A stretch of 64,000 bases of DNA from Takakia lepidozioides. Lineage: Eukaryota > Plantae > Bryophyta. Of the stretch, positions 25,758 to 38,800 are shown in pieces. The notes beneath the pieces are model-generated. The model did no database searches, had not been told where the DNA came from, and was given only the letters and a program-made list of their open reading frames with translations. Every line of letters starts with the position of its first letter. Positions within the stretch are counted from its first letter, which is position 1. The stretch lies in assembly GCA_030704615.1 (NCBI GenBank), contig CM060733.1, positions 1 through 64,000 on the forward strand, given 5' to 3'. The position numbers and the translations under genes are program-made.

Positions 25758-28700
25758 ATGCGCAGGAGTCCCTTGCATATGGTGGCTATGGCGCCTTCAG
25801 GGATGCCATTCAACTTAGGTAATACCACTAAATCCCTTGGCGGTTTCCTTTGTTGGTGTCGCTGTGTTGTATGTATGCGCCGTCGGATCCAGGCGCGGAA
25901 TTGTCTTTTCCGCATCCGATAATCGGCATATCTTGCGCATAGGTCAACGCTGGAGCATGGAACAGCGCTGGCAGGCGTTCTTTAAGGATCCTTCACAATG
26001 GTGGGATAGTAGCGTTGACAAGGTCAGCTTTCCTCATGTAGGATGAGAAGGAGTGTGGGGGAGTTTGACTGAACTCTTGTATGATCGTATTGTGTGGACT
26101 GGATTGTACCCGTAGTTGTTGAGTGAAGTTAGCATCTCGCTTTGCTTTGCAAAAACTGTTGTACCGTACGTATCGTATTGTGAAGGGCTATGAAAGTAGG
26201 ATGCGCAAGGTCTGGACTTTCTAAGGTAGCACTCCTCCATAAAGGAACTTGTCAAAATGTTGATGTGTTGGGTATTTGGGCACAAAGGTGTACTCTGGAG
26301 CATGGAGCAGAGCAGGGACGAGTTTTTTTAATGATCCTTCGCAATGTTGGGACAACTGCAATTGCAAGGTGTGGCTTTCTTAATGTACAATGTGAAGAAG
26401 TTTGTCTGTCCTGCATATGTGGGCTCTTCCTTTTAATATCATGATTTGGTATTTTTCCTGGTGTTTACAAGGTACTTGGAGGGTCAACTTGGTCTTAGGA
26501 GGCCGAATATAAATCTAAGGCTACTCAGCTGCACCGCGGTGGTTCTCCTCACAGACCAACCCAAGATCAACTGAGTACAGACACAAGCAGCACACGCAAG
26601 AGGTCCTTTTTGGTTGATGGTTGGTTCAATCCTCCATGGGTGAAAGAAAAGCTACTTTCTTTCATGACACAAGGTCAAGGACAATGTGGTGAGGGCACTT
26701 TGTTCTTAATCACATTTCAGCCTGCTTTGCCCTCTTATCAGAGTCACCCCTAATTTTTCATGTTGAATTCTGTAAGTATGCTCGTTGGGTGGATATATGG
26801 TGGTTTGGAGTGATTTTGACATGTTACTGCCAATGTGGGAGCAGGAAAGTATCCAAAAACAGATCACAGATACGAGAAGAAGCTTTGGAATGAAGATCTT
26901 TCCTACCCCAGTCAATGGTGGGACAATCCAGGCAAAAAGGTGAATGCCTGGTAGATTACACACACAAGCAGACATGAAGAAGCAATGCACAGCTTTGTTG
27001 GGAATTGTTCCACTCTCTGCCAAGCACTTTTTTGAAGTCTTGGGAGCAAGTGACCATTGGAACTGGTGTGGTAAGTAGGGTTGGGGGTTTGCTAGAACAA
27101 ATTTAGGCTGTCATCGTCAGCAGCTAGCAGCAAGGCAAGGATCTATACATGATTTGTGCAGAAGCAGGGATAGCTGAAGGAGCAGGGATAGAGTGTGGGT
27201 CCAGATTCATCCAAGAGGGCCGGATTTCAAGCACAAGATTACCTATGATTCCCTGTGGATCGATAGCTACAAGAAACCTGCATGGGCAGATGGTCAACTG
27301 GAAGCAGCAGCAGCGGCACAGTGGATAAAATCAGGCACCTCGACCATGACCACAGCCTCTGAAAAAGGACCAAGAGAGGGAGTCCACAATGCCCCTTCTG
27401 GCACTTCTGGGCATGTGAGGATGCTGTGTGGGGCAGGGCAACTGAAAGAGGCGCTACAGACTTTAAAGCAAGGAGGCAATTCATCAGATTTAGATACATA
27501 TGTCTGTCTCTTGCATAAATGCATCAAGATTAAAAGCCTGGAAGCGGGAAAGCAGGTGCACGCTCACATTATCCAAACTGGATTTAAACCCAACCATTTT
27601 GTACACAACACCCTTGTCAACATGTATGTTAAGTGTGGGAGCATCGTGGATGCTCACCAAGTGTTCAACAGAATGCTTCAGCGATGTTTGATCACGTGGA
27701 ATATAATGATGGCAGGAGCTACCAAGCATGGGTGTGGTAGGAATGCTTTGGAGACATATGAGCAAATGATGGAGGAAGGGGTGAAGCCGAACCACATCAC
27801 GTTTGTTTGCGTTTGCAATGCATGTGCAAGCCTGGCTGCCCTGGAAAAGGGCAAAGAGGTCCATGGTGACATTGTCAAAGCTGGCATTATACCAGATGTC
27901 ATTCTGAACACTGCCCTGGTGGACATGTATGCCAAATGTGGGCGCATGGAAGATGCAAAGGGAGTGTTCAACAATATGACAGAACGAAATGTTGTATCGT
28001 GGAACGCAATGATGTCCGGATATGCACAGCAGGAGCGAGGGGTGGAGGCCTTGGAGATCTATGAGCAAATGATGCAGGAAGGGGTGACGCCAAACCACAT
28101 CACGTTTGTTTGCGTTTGCAATGCGTGTGCAAGCCTGGCAGCCCTGGAAAAGGGCAGAGAGGTGCATGGTGACATCATCAAAGCTGGAATTGTACCAGAT
28201 GTCGTCCTGAACACGGCCCTGGTGGACATGTATGCCAAATGCGGCAACATCGAAGATGCAGAGGGAGGGTTCGACAATATGGCTGAACGAAATGTGGTGT
28301 CATGGAATGATCAAAGAATATGCACAACAGGGGCACAGGATGGAGGCCTTGGCGACCTATGAGCAAATGATGTGGGAAGGGGTGAAGCCCAACCACTTCA
28401 CATATGTTTGCATTTGCAATGCATGTGCGAGCATGGCAACCCTGGAAAAGGGCAAAGAGCTGCATGATGACATCGTCAAAGCTGGAATTGTACCAGATGT
28501 CATTCTTAACACTGCCCTGGTGGACATGTATGCCAAATGTGGGAGCATTGAAGATGCAAAGGGAGTGTTTGGCAATATGGCTGAACGAGATGTGGTGTCG
28601 TGGAGCGTGATGGTCGCAGGATATGCACAGCAGGGGCATGGGATGGAGGCTTTGGAGACCTATGAGCAAATGATGCGGGAAGGGGTAAAGCCCGACCGCA

Positions 28701-30085
28701 TCACGTTTGTTTGTGCTTGCAATGTGTGTGCGAGCCTGGCAGCCCTGGAAAAAGGCAAAGAGGTCCATGGTGACATCGTCAGAGCTGGAATTATACCAGA
28801 TGTCATTCTGAACACTGCCCCTGGTGGACATGTATGCCAAATGTGGGAGCATCGAAGATGCAAAGGGAGTGTTCGACACTATGGCTGAACGAAATGTGGT
28901 GTCGTGGAACGCCATGATCACAGGGTATGCGCAGCAGGGGCGAGGGATGGAGGCTTTGGAGATCTATGAGGAAATGATGCAGGAAGGAGTGAAGCCCAAC
29001 CACATCACATTTGTTTGCGTTTGCAATGCGTGTGCAAGTCTGGCGGCCCTGGAAAAGGGCAAAGAGGTCCACAGTTACATCGCCAAAGCTGGAATTGTGT
29101 TGGATGTCATTCTGAACACTGCTCTGGTGGACATGTATGCCAAATGTGGGAGCATTGAAGATGCAAAGGGAGTGTTCGACACTATGGCTGAACGTGATGT
29201 GGTGTCATGGAACGCGATGATCGCAGGATATGCACAGCAGGGGCATGGGATGGAGGCTTTGGAGACATATGAGCAAATGATGGAGGAAGGGGTGAAGCCC
29301 AACCACATCACATTTGTTTGCGTTTCCAATGCGTGTGCGAGCCTGGCTGCCCTGGAAAAAGCCAAAGAGGTCCATGGTGACATCGAGCTGGAATTGTACC
29401 AGATGTCATTCTGAACACTGCCCTGGTGGACATGTATGCCAAATGTGGGAGCATCGAAGATGCAAAGGGGGTGTTCGACAATATGGCTGAACGAGATGTG
29501 GTGTCCTGGAACGGTATGATCGCAGGATATGCCCAGCATGGTTGTCATAGGGAAGCCCTGCAACTATTTGAACAAATGCAAATGGAAGGCTTGAAGCCTG
29601 ACAGTATCACCTATATATGTGTTCTCTCCGCATGTAGCCACGTTGGCCTACTGGATGAAGGAAGACGCTACTTTGGTTCCCTGGCTCAAACTCATGGTGT
29701 CACCCCAACAGTAAAACACTTTGGCTGCATGGTGGACCTTCTTGGACGTGCCGGGCGATTGAAGGAGGGAGAGGACCTCATTGATATAATGCCAATCAAA
29801 CCAGATGCTGTGGTGTGGAAGGCCTTGCTTGGTGCCTGCAGAATGCATGGCAATGTGGAGATGGCTGAACGTGCGGCAACATCTATTCTCAAGTGGGATG
29901 AACAGGATGCCGCGATTTATGTCTTGCTATCAAACATCTATGACACAGCTGGCAGGTGGGACGATAGTGCAAAGGTGAGAAAAATGATGAAGGTCAGAGC
30001 GGCTTTGCCAATGGTGTGTTTCCTTGCAATGATGCAGGAGTATAGATGGAAGTTAAGAGCAGATGGAGCCTGGGCTGCGTGTTGA
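25758..30085 (+). pseudogene. Spliced gene fusing two OSB-type PDF motifs to a PLS-class PPR array with E domain; 3 frameshifts (pseudogene or assembly errors)
   Basis: Phase-consistent GT-AG model: 25758-25818, 25943-26022 (WQAFFKDPSQWWDSSVDK), 26529-26688, 26845-26939 (LWNEDLSYPSQWWDNPGKK), 27205-~30000. The last exon reads HPRGPDFKHKITYDSLWIDSYKKPAW, then ~7 L-S-P triplets (MYAKCG..), P2-L2-S2 and E1/E2 (WKALLGACRMHG..YVLLSNIY). Frameshifts lie at ~28307, ~28820 and ~29386. Confidence 0.85.
27600..29560 (+). repeat. Homogenised ~303-bp tandem repeat (PLS triplet unit)
   Basis: tgaacactgccctggtggacatgtatgccaaatgtgg recurs at ~27905, 28208, 28507, 28809, 29113 and 29412. Confidence 0.9.
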
Positions 30086-30274
30086 AGATACAGAGAGCTC
30101 TCGCATTTCCCCATTGCTAGGGTTTGGGTTTGTTCTTCTTTTTATCTCCTGTGGTGCTGATGTGATCATTCTGTGTCATCAATGTTACCTATCCCCAGCT
30201 CGACCAACAGACAATTGCTTTGCAATATGGTCGGTCCAGTGGCTTGAAATACTGTAAGTGCTGTGGCAAGGGAG

Positions 30275-31418
30275 CTGTTGGGCTGGCACGCACTTTGCAA
30301 ACACACACAAATGTGACCTGGTTCGGCGTCACCCCTTCCTGCATCATTAGCTCATAGGTCTCCAAAGCCTCGATCCAGCATCCCCCCTGGGCATATCCTG
30401 CAATGAGTGCATTCCATGACGCCACATTTCGTTCAGGCATTTTGTCAAACACTCCCTTTGCATCCACAATGCTCCTACATTTGCCATACATGTCCACAAG
30501 AGCAGCCCAGAATCACATCTGGCAAGATTCCAGCTTTCATGATGGCGACATGATCCCTCTTTGCCCTTTTCCAGAGCTGCCATGCTGGCACACGCGTTGC
30601 AAACGCAGACAAACACAACTTAATCAGGCTTTGCAACACAACTTAATCAGGCTTTGCCCCCACCCGCAACATTTGCTCATAGGTTTTCAAAGCATCCATC
30701 CCACACCCATGCTGGGCATACCCTGCGATCATTGCACCCCATGATCCAACATCTCTTTCAGGCATATGGTCAAACACTCCCTTTGCATCCTTGATGCTCC
30801 CACATTTGGCATACATGTCCACGAGGGCAATGTCCAGAATTTGGTACAATTCCAGCTTTCATGATGTCACCATGGACCTCCTTGCCCTTGTCCAGGGCTG
30901 ACAGGCTGACACGCGCCTTGAGAACGCAAACAAACGTGACCTGGTCAGGTGTTATCCTTTCCTGTATCATTTCGTCATAGATCTGAAAGGCATTTCTACC
31001 ACATCGCTGCTTGGTATATCCTGCGATCATTATAGTCCATGAAAACATATTTCGCTCGGGCATTTTGTCAAACAGTCTGTGTGCATCCAGGATGCTCCCA
31101 CACTTGACATACATGTTGAGAAGGGTGTTGTGTAGAAACACATTTGGCTTAAATCCACTTTGGATAATGTGGGCGTGCACCTGCTTTCCCACTGCTAGGC
31201 CTTTCATCTTCATGCACTTATGCAGAAGATAGACATAAGTATCAGAGTCTGCCGAGACGCCTTCTTGGTTCAAAATGTGCAGAGCCTCTGTCATTTGTCC
31301 TGCCTTACATAATGTCCTCACCTGCCCACAAGTGCCTGAAAAGATCTTGTGGCTTCCCTCTCCTGGTCGTCTATCAGAGGCAGTGGTCATGGTCAAGGTG
31401 CTTGATTCTATCAACTGC
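30275..31418 (-). pseudogene. Paralogous PLS-PPR pseudogene, tail-to-tail with the + strand gene and 5'-truncated at the LINE
   Basis: LIESSTLTMTTASD..GQVRTLCKAGQMTEAL..TYVYLLHKC..HNTLLNMYVKCG aligns to 27320-27900; frameshifted and 3'-truncated. Confidence 0.9.
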
Positions 31419-31419
31419 A

Positions 31420-34400
31420 ATCTCTCCCTGTCCTCTAGGAAGCCTATTGCCATTGGGTGGACTTGATACGTGACTAAATGCCGGCCTTGTGACCTCGTGT
31501 CATTGTTTGTTTCGACCTGAAGCGCTTTGCTCCAGGTAAGGTAGTGCATTGGATTTAGTTGGAAAGCTTGGGGCCTTTCCCTCTTTAGAATATGCCTACA
31601 CGGGCCATTCCCTGCAACTCCCTGGAGCGTGATCTCTGAATGATAACAAGCGGATCCCTACCGCTTGGGGGCAGCCCCTCCGCCCAAATTGGGCAGTCGT
31701 ATGCTCTGTATAGCATACTTGGCACTTGGGCTCGGGTTGGTTCCTGTGCTTAAACTTATAGCCTGCGAGATCAATCAAAATTTTAGCTCCTATCGACTTC
31801 AACACTCCCCAGGGTGATTCCTGGGAATTGGTTACTTATGCCAAATCTAGGGCTTCATGTGTAGTTTTTGGGGTGAATCCCAGGATGGACGATGTGTCCT
31901 TTAAAACTACATGCTCTAGCTTAGGCTTGGATTTCATGGCTAACTACATGCTCTAGCTTAGGCTTGGATTTCATGGCTAATGGTTCCATCTCGAGACTTG
32001 ATAACAGGGGTACGTTGAAGGTTGCAATGACCAAAAGTGCTTCTAATAGAGTCCCACATCAATTCAATCTCAAAGAAGTTCGTCCCTTGACTGGCTGGAG
32101 AGCGGTCTTAGACATTGGTGATTCAATGGGGCGCTCTAGGAAGACAACCAAGGGCAAGGACTTCAACTTGAGAGTTTCTAATCGGTTTGATGCTCTGAAT
32201 GAGGTTGAATCCAAACAGCCAGAAGGACAAGATGCCCCTAAGTGTACAGAACCTGAACGTCCTGAATCTGAAGGATTTGGTACTCTGAATGGTTTACCAA
32301 TCCTCAAGGTTTACACAAGACGAACAAATTCTATACACGGGGTAATTGTCCCCAAGCCGTCAGATGGACAATCTGTCCCTAAGTGTGCAGAGCCTGAACG
32401 TCGTGTAACTGAAGGATTTGGAACTCTAAATGGTTTACCAATCCTCAAAGTCTACACAAGACGAGCAAAATCTACACATGGGGTAATTGTCCCCAAGCAG
32501 TCTGACGGACAATATACCCCTAAGTGTGCGGAGCCTGTGCGTCGTGTAACTGAAGGATTTGGTACCCTGAATGGTTTACCAGTTCTCAAAGTTTACACAA
32601 GACGAGCAAAATCTACACATGGGGTAACTGTCCCCCCTTTGCAGAACGGTTGGCCGTCCAAGAGCAATCACAAGCTACCTAGACGACAAACAATTCACAT
32701 GCAAAGGGCTGGCTTGCGGCTGGCCACTTTCAACTTCTCAGGGCTTACTAACCAAAGGAAACAACTCGAAGTGGGACAAGTCCTTCGGACTAATGATATT
32801 CATATCTGTGCTGGGCAAGAAACATGGGAAACGTCGGATAAACTGGTTGGAGATGTCAATGGTTATAAATGGGCAGGTAGGATGTGTACTCTCAAGGCAG
32901 CCTCTGCCAAACGCGGTCAAAAGGGGTTGGATTCTTTGTCCGTGATTTCTCGTTTGATAATTGTGAAATTATCAACAAGGGTTTGAGGTACGAGCATAGT
33001 ATCTGGCTAAAACTGAAATCTGAAGGGCGGCATGAGTACGAAGGACCTCTTTGTGGGTTGTGTTTACATGCCCACAGAGGGGACCCTTAGTGCTGACGCA
33101 GACAAAGCCTTCGAAGATGTAAAGCTGGACTGTGCTTCGTTCCTTGCCAAAGGTCAGGTAGTGCTATTGGGTGACTTCAATGCCCGGGTGGGCAAAGGGC
33201 TCCATCAGGACAATATCATTGGGCCTTTTGGTGAGGACGAGCTGAATTCTAATGGCAGACGGTTAATTAACTGTCTGGAAGAGCTTCAGCTTTTGACCTT
33301 GAATAATAGGACAAGAGGTGACCAAGTGCAGTGGACTCATGAGAAATCCCAAACTGGGGAATGTTCCATTGTGGACTATATCATAATGGACAAAAATTTG
33401 TTTCCCCAATGTGCCAATGTGTTGATCGACAGAACTGATATTGGTACCTTTGACCACTTACTGGTTTGGACTGAGATCAAAAGGTGTTTTCCCAACACCA
33501 ATAGATCTGTGAAACGTTCGATTCGGAAGTGGCGCATAGAAAAATTCCATAATGAGGAGGTCAAGGCTGAGTACGTCCAGGCCTTGCAAGAGGCTCTCCC
33601 TCATTTTGTCCAATCGCTCCAAGAACTTCAGTCTCGCTCTGACAACGCAAGAAATGAAGTCGAAAGAGCAGTGGACTCTTGGGAGAGTTTCGTCTCCTCC
33701 GTGGCTGACAAGATCATTGGGAGGAAACTAATTGTCTGCGGTAGAGCTGTTAATTGGTGGACCAATGAGATCAAACTCAAGATAGCTGAGAGACGAGCCC
33801 TCTATAAAGAGTGCTGCAATTTGAAAACCAACAGAGTATTGTGGGCGAGGTACTATCAGCTCCGGAAAGATATCAATCAGCTTGTTAGGTCTCAGAAGAA
33901 ATTATACTGGGATAAGTTATACAGTGAAATAAACTCAAACCACCATGGTGGTAATGACAAGAAATTCTGGTTGGCCCTTCAACGTTTGTACAAGCCTAAA
34001 CACGGTCAGTGAGTACAAGCGCTGAAGACTACTAAAGGTGCAGTAGTGACTTCATCGGTTGACATTGTCAAAACATTTGAAAATCACTACAGTTTCCTTG
34101 GCAGAACTTCTAGGTCTAATAGTGAGGGGTCTTCTGCTGAATGGAGGGACACAGTTGGATTTACCGTGGCATCACGCTCCTCAATGCTGTTGGCAAGACA
34201 TTCTGCAGAGTTATAAGTACTTGTCTCGAGGTTGATCTGGAGTCTAGAGGTCGTTTCCACGAAGGCCAAGCTGGCTTTCAGCGAAACAGGGGCTGTGTGG
34301 ATCATATCTTCACTCTAAGCCAGATTATTCAGGGAAGGAAAAAAGAAGGGAAACCCACTTATGTTTTTTTTCCTGGATGTCAAAAGGCTTATGACACAGT

Positions 34401-34980
34401 GTGGAGAGATGGCCTATGGTTCCGCCTCTGGTCTTGTGGGATAAAGATGTGGAGAGTTGTCCACAACTTGTATGCTCACACCAAAAGCTGTGTCACTGTT
34501 AACGGACAGAATTCCAACTTCTTTGACATAGACCAAGGTGTAGCTCAAGGATGTACTCTCTCCCCTCTGCTCTTCAATGTTTTCATCAATCAACTCCTCG
34601 AGGATGTGGAAAGTGAAGAATTTGGGTTGAGGGTGGGTGATACCACCATACCAGCCCTTATGTTTGCGGATGACTTCGCAGGCATAGGGGAGACTCCAAC
34701 CAATCTCCAGGAGTTGATTGATTGCGCGAAGAGATACTTTGATCTTTGGGGGCTAGAGGCTAATGTGAGCAAATGTGCAGTGGTAGCATTCAACGACAGA
34801 GGAGAGGGAGGAAGTGATCTTAAGTGGCAGTGGGGTAGCCAAGAGATCCCGGTCCTCCCTTCCTACACTTACCTGGGCGTTGAGTTTTCCTCCAATTGTA
34901 ATTGGGATGCACATATCCGGAAAGTTGTTCAAACTGGCAAGGGCAAAGCTCTGGGGCTCACTAATTTTTTCCACTACAGA
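31420..34980 (+). mobile_element. Non-LTR retrotransposon (APE endonuclease + RT), decayed and 3'-truncated
   Basis: APE motifs LATFNFSGL, QETW, LLGDFNARVG, SIVDYI, FDHLLV. RT motifs YRGITLLN, QAGF, KAYDTV, QGCTLSPLLFN, LMFADD, YTYLG. Frameshifts and an internal deletion at ~34140; cut at ~34980 by the DNA element. Confidence 0.92.
32215..32640 (+). repeat. Three 141-bp (47-aa) tandem repeats upstream of the LINE APE domain
   Basis: cctaagtg at 32237, 32378 and 32519; unit PKCAEPERRVTEGFGTLNGLPILKVYTRRAKSTHGVIVPKQSDGQYT. Confidence 0.92.
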
Positions 34981-34990
34981 GGGAGGTTTA

Positions 34991-35085
34991 CTATTTCATG
35001 AGCAGAAACCATGAGCCATGAGCCATGAGCCGCATGAGCCGCATGAGCGGTGAGCCGAAGTCTAAGATACGCGGATTTCATGAGC
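34991..35085 (+). repeat. Left TIR and CATGAGC subterminal repeats
   Basis: ctatttcatgagcagaaaccatgagccatgagccatgagccgcatgagccgcatgagcgg. Confidence 0.85.
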
Positions 35086-35837
35086 GGACTCCTCCAAATT
35101 TGGAAATGCGGCAGATTAAACAAGTATTAAAATAATAGTTTTTTAATTTGACCTTGCCGTTTTTGGACGTTCCAGATCATGTAATGCGGCGAAGATATGT
35201 CGTCAGTAACAAGTCCGCTCATGGTTTTTTAGATCCGCTCATGGAAATAAGTGACCGTGCAACGGGAAATCCAGTATACCACTGCAAAAGGACGTCGCAT
35301 ACTGGCCTGTATAGAGTATTCCGCGGTTTTACATGCCTTAACATTGGAATGAAGCTGACCCTTTTGCCGCCATTGAACCAATGGAGTCTGCACCAATACA
35401 GTCTGCAGTACTTCACAATTCTGTCTTCTTCGGGTATTCGGCGGGAAAGGTTTGCAACTGAACTGGGAAATATGGTTAGCGCGCATTAGGGTTCGCACGT
35501 GCGAAATTTCGGAGCGGTTTGGTGTTGGCGAAGGCCGCCTCTGGGGGTACCTACGACGATACTTGGAAATGCGGCGCCGCATTTCCTTGTCGGAGGTCGA
35601 ATGAGGAAAGCAAGTTTTCGGAAAGCAGAAAAACATGAACCCTCCAACATACAAAAATACATGCACGTGGAAACAAGTGAACGATATAGTAATATCTTAG
35701 TTCGAGCAAAACAGGTTACTGGTAGGCAAGACATATGTCGGACCTTTGTGTGGCCAGAGTCTGAGGTACTGGCAGCAGTACAGTTCTACTATCCGAAAAG
35801 GATGGGCGTACCATTGTATGTGGACCGCAAGCCAAGC

Positions 35838-38800
35838 TCACTGGTCCCCTGGATCCATATTCAGAAGAGTGTGAACCTCCTGGGGGCTCAACCCTGGTGC
35901 ATGTATGAAGTGATGAGTTGTGGAATTACAACGGAGTCTCTTTAGGTACACGTAGTACAAATGCTTGCAAGGGCAGTATGATGCCCCCTTGTTCGCCATG
36001 ATCTGGAAGTCGGTGCAATTGCAGGTGGGTAATTCTGAAATGGTGATGGTGTACACCTCATTGCGAACAGCTGAGCCCGCCGTGGCCATCTGATACACAC
36101 GCCCGAATCCTGGTGGGGGCACTTCTGTCGAGCTCTGGATTGTACAGTTCATCCGAAGTGCATTCCCCATCCTTGTCTCGTTCACTTTTGAGGGAGGTCG
36201 CCGCCTCTTCGGTTTCCCCCAACGGTGTGTAGGATGCTTAGAGCTGTCGTGTCCCATTGTTCTTGCTCTCACAGGGGTCGGTGGTGGAGGCTGTGGAAGC
36301 GGAAATGGTTGTCTGGGGACGTCAGTGCGCTGCACCATCCGAAATCCTGCAGCGGTAAGGGCGTCGGTCTCAACCTGACTCAGATCGCAGCCTGGTTCCA
36401 CCGGCCACACCGGGGGAGCCTCTGGCATTGTTTGTATGCCGTACTTGGGCTTTCCATACACGCAAGTCATAATGTCGTGCCTGCAGAACCAGAACTGGGT
36501 GGTTGTCGCCTCCGCAAACTTTGCATGGACAAATCTTCCTGTAAAAGTAGGAGCAGGGACAGCCCCATCTGGATTCCTCCTTATCATCTCTAAACAACGT
36601 TGCCGTGTATCCACACGAATTGCGGAACACCTTCCTCGAAACGACGGCTTTGTGCGAGCAATTCTCCACTGTGATGCAGACACAGTCGTCTCCACAATGG
36701 CTTGGCCATACTGCATAACAGCGGGCGGAATCTGGGGCAAGGGAGCGGTGGGAATTTGTTGCACGAAATCCCCGGTTGAAGGCGACGGCGATCTGGAATT
36801 TCTTGGGCTTCCACTGCTGGAAGACACATTGTGCGGCAACATGACGGGACCTCGAGGTGCTGTCCGAATGTTCCTGTCGGATCTCCAGGAATCCTCTTCG
36901 CACCCGGGTTCCTCTTCAATCCTCCGCCTGACAGGGCGAGTCCGGACGTCCCCCTCTAGGTGTTCACCTCTGCGGTGCAGAGGCGTCCCTTTGATCTTCT
37001 CTCGCAATGTTGTCGCCCATTTCACTGGATTCTTGGACCTCGAAGCTGTTCGTACCAACAATTCCTCCCTGTCCGGCCCAAAGCCCCATTGTTTGCCGCT
37101 CAGGAACTTGTAGTACGTGGCTTGCTGCATGATTGCTCTGTCGATGTCCTCCGTTGTGGCCGTGACTACGTCCACCAGATGTGCGGCAGAAGACGCTCGC
37201 CAGGAGGAGTGGACCGATTCTGCCATATTCGTGTTCGGCATGTCCGTGTCGGAATCCAAGCACCGCTCCTAGAAGGACACAAACAATGGTGAGGGACCAA
37301 TCGAAATGTCCGTAACAGAAAGACAAATGAACGAAATTGACAGCAGCCTACCTCCCGCATGTACTGTCCGAACTGTCGATACCGAAAATGCCACCACCCC
37401 AACCAGCTGTGCAATGCTCCCAGATTGGTTGTCTCCACTGCACCTGACGTGTTCCACCAAGCCTCGATGATAGCAAACTTAACCTCCGCGTCATCAAATG
37501 TGGGTGCATCCTTCCATGCCGTACAAAGGACACGGTGTTCAGCCTGGAATGAGCTAGCAACAAATTTGGTAGTGTAGTGGGATAGACTCTGCATCCAATG
37601 GAATCCACAGGATCTCTCTTTCCCCTCCATTGGAACATTGGGGTCCTCACCGTACACACGCCGCACCGCTGCCCAGTTGGCCTGAGCGTTGTCTGCCATG
37701 AATCCCCTGAAATTGGGCTCTGGCAATCCCGCCCTTGCCATCTGCTCGTTTATGCCCTCCCACAGATGCATCTCGGACTGTGTGTCCTCCCCTTTCATCT
37801 CGCAGATTGCAATCGTCATGAGCCTCTTGGAGTGATAGTCATAAACATGCGCACCCATAGTCACCCACTGATGGTTTGTAATTCGCTTGATGTGATCAAA
37901 CATCACCCAAGCATTTGACAAGTTTCCAGTTGTCATGCGAGTGACCAAGTCGACTCCACTCCCAAGCCCACACGTCGACATTTTGAAAATGTAACAACGA
38001 TCGGATTCGCTGCCTTGCCCTAGAAACCTGCTACCTTGGATGTAGTCATATCCAGTCATTCGTTTCACCTCCAGGATTGAGTACATGTCCGACCCCCTGC
38101 CGAACTCCTGCTTGCAAGATACAATGTGATTCCGCACATTCGGACTACAAACGTGCGAGACGGACTCCAAGAGGTCACGCATCTCGTCTTCGGTCAAGGG
38201 CTCTCGGTCGGAACCATCTTCAGACATGATTTTGCCAAGAGCAATCTTGTGAGCTGCCTTCAGCTGAATCTGCTTTGGTCTGGCTCCGGGGCTCAATTTC
38301 ACCTCCTCTTTTATGATGTCGTGTGCTTCCTGCACAGCCTCACGCATGTTGCCTCTCGCCAAGGGGTGGCAGTGGACCCCAACGTGTATGCAAGCTCTAG
38401 TGAAGTCCGGGAGCAAATGGATAACGTAGTATTGCTTGGCTCTGCACATGGACATGCACGTCGGTGGTTCTTTGCAATGTGCACACTTGAAAGAACCCGC
38501 AGGAGCTTGGCTGGAGACAATGAATGGATGATGCGTTGTGCCAGTCCAATCCGTCTCGTTTCTCCGCCCTCCTTTGGAGAGAAAGTGGAAGCAGGTGGGA
38601 TTGAGGCACCTCAGCTTCCCCGCACAGAGGACATATCGTACACGAACACCATCAGCAATTTTCGTGCTACTGGTCTTCGTCACACACCAGGGGTGTCCGT
38701 CATGCTTTCGATCCATGTCTGTTAACATCCCGGAGGCTTTCTTTGACGAAGAAACAGGTGGAAACTCGAAGATGACATTGCCATCGACTTCGGGAGGCAG

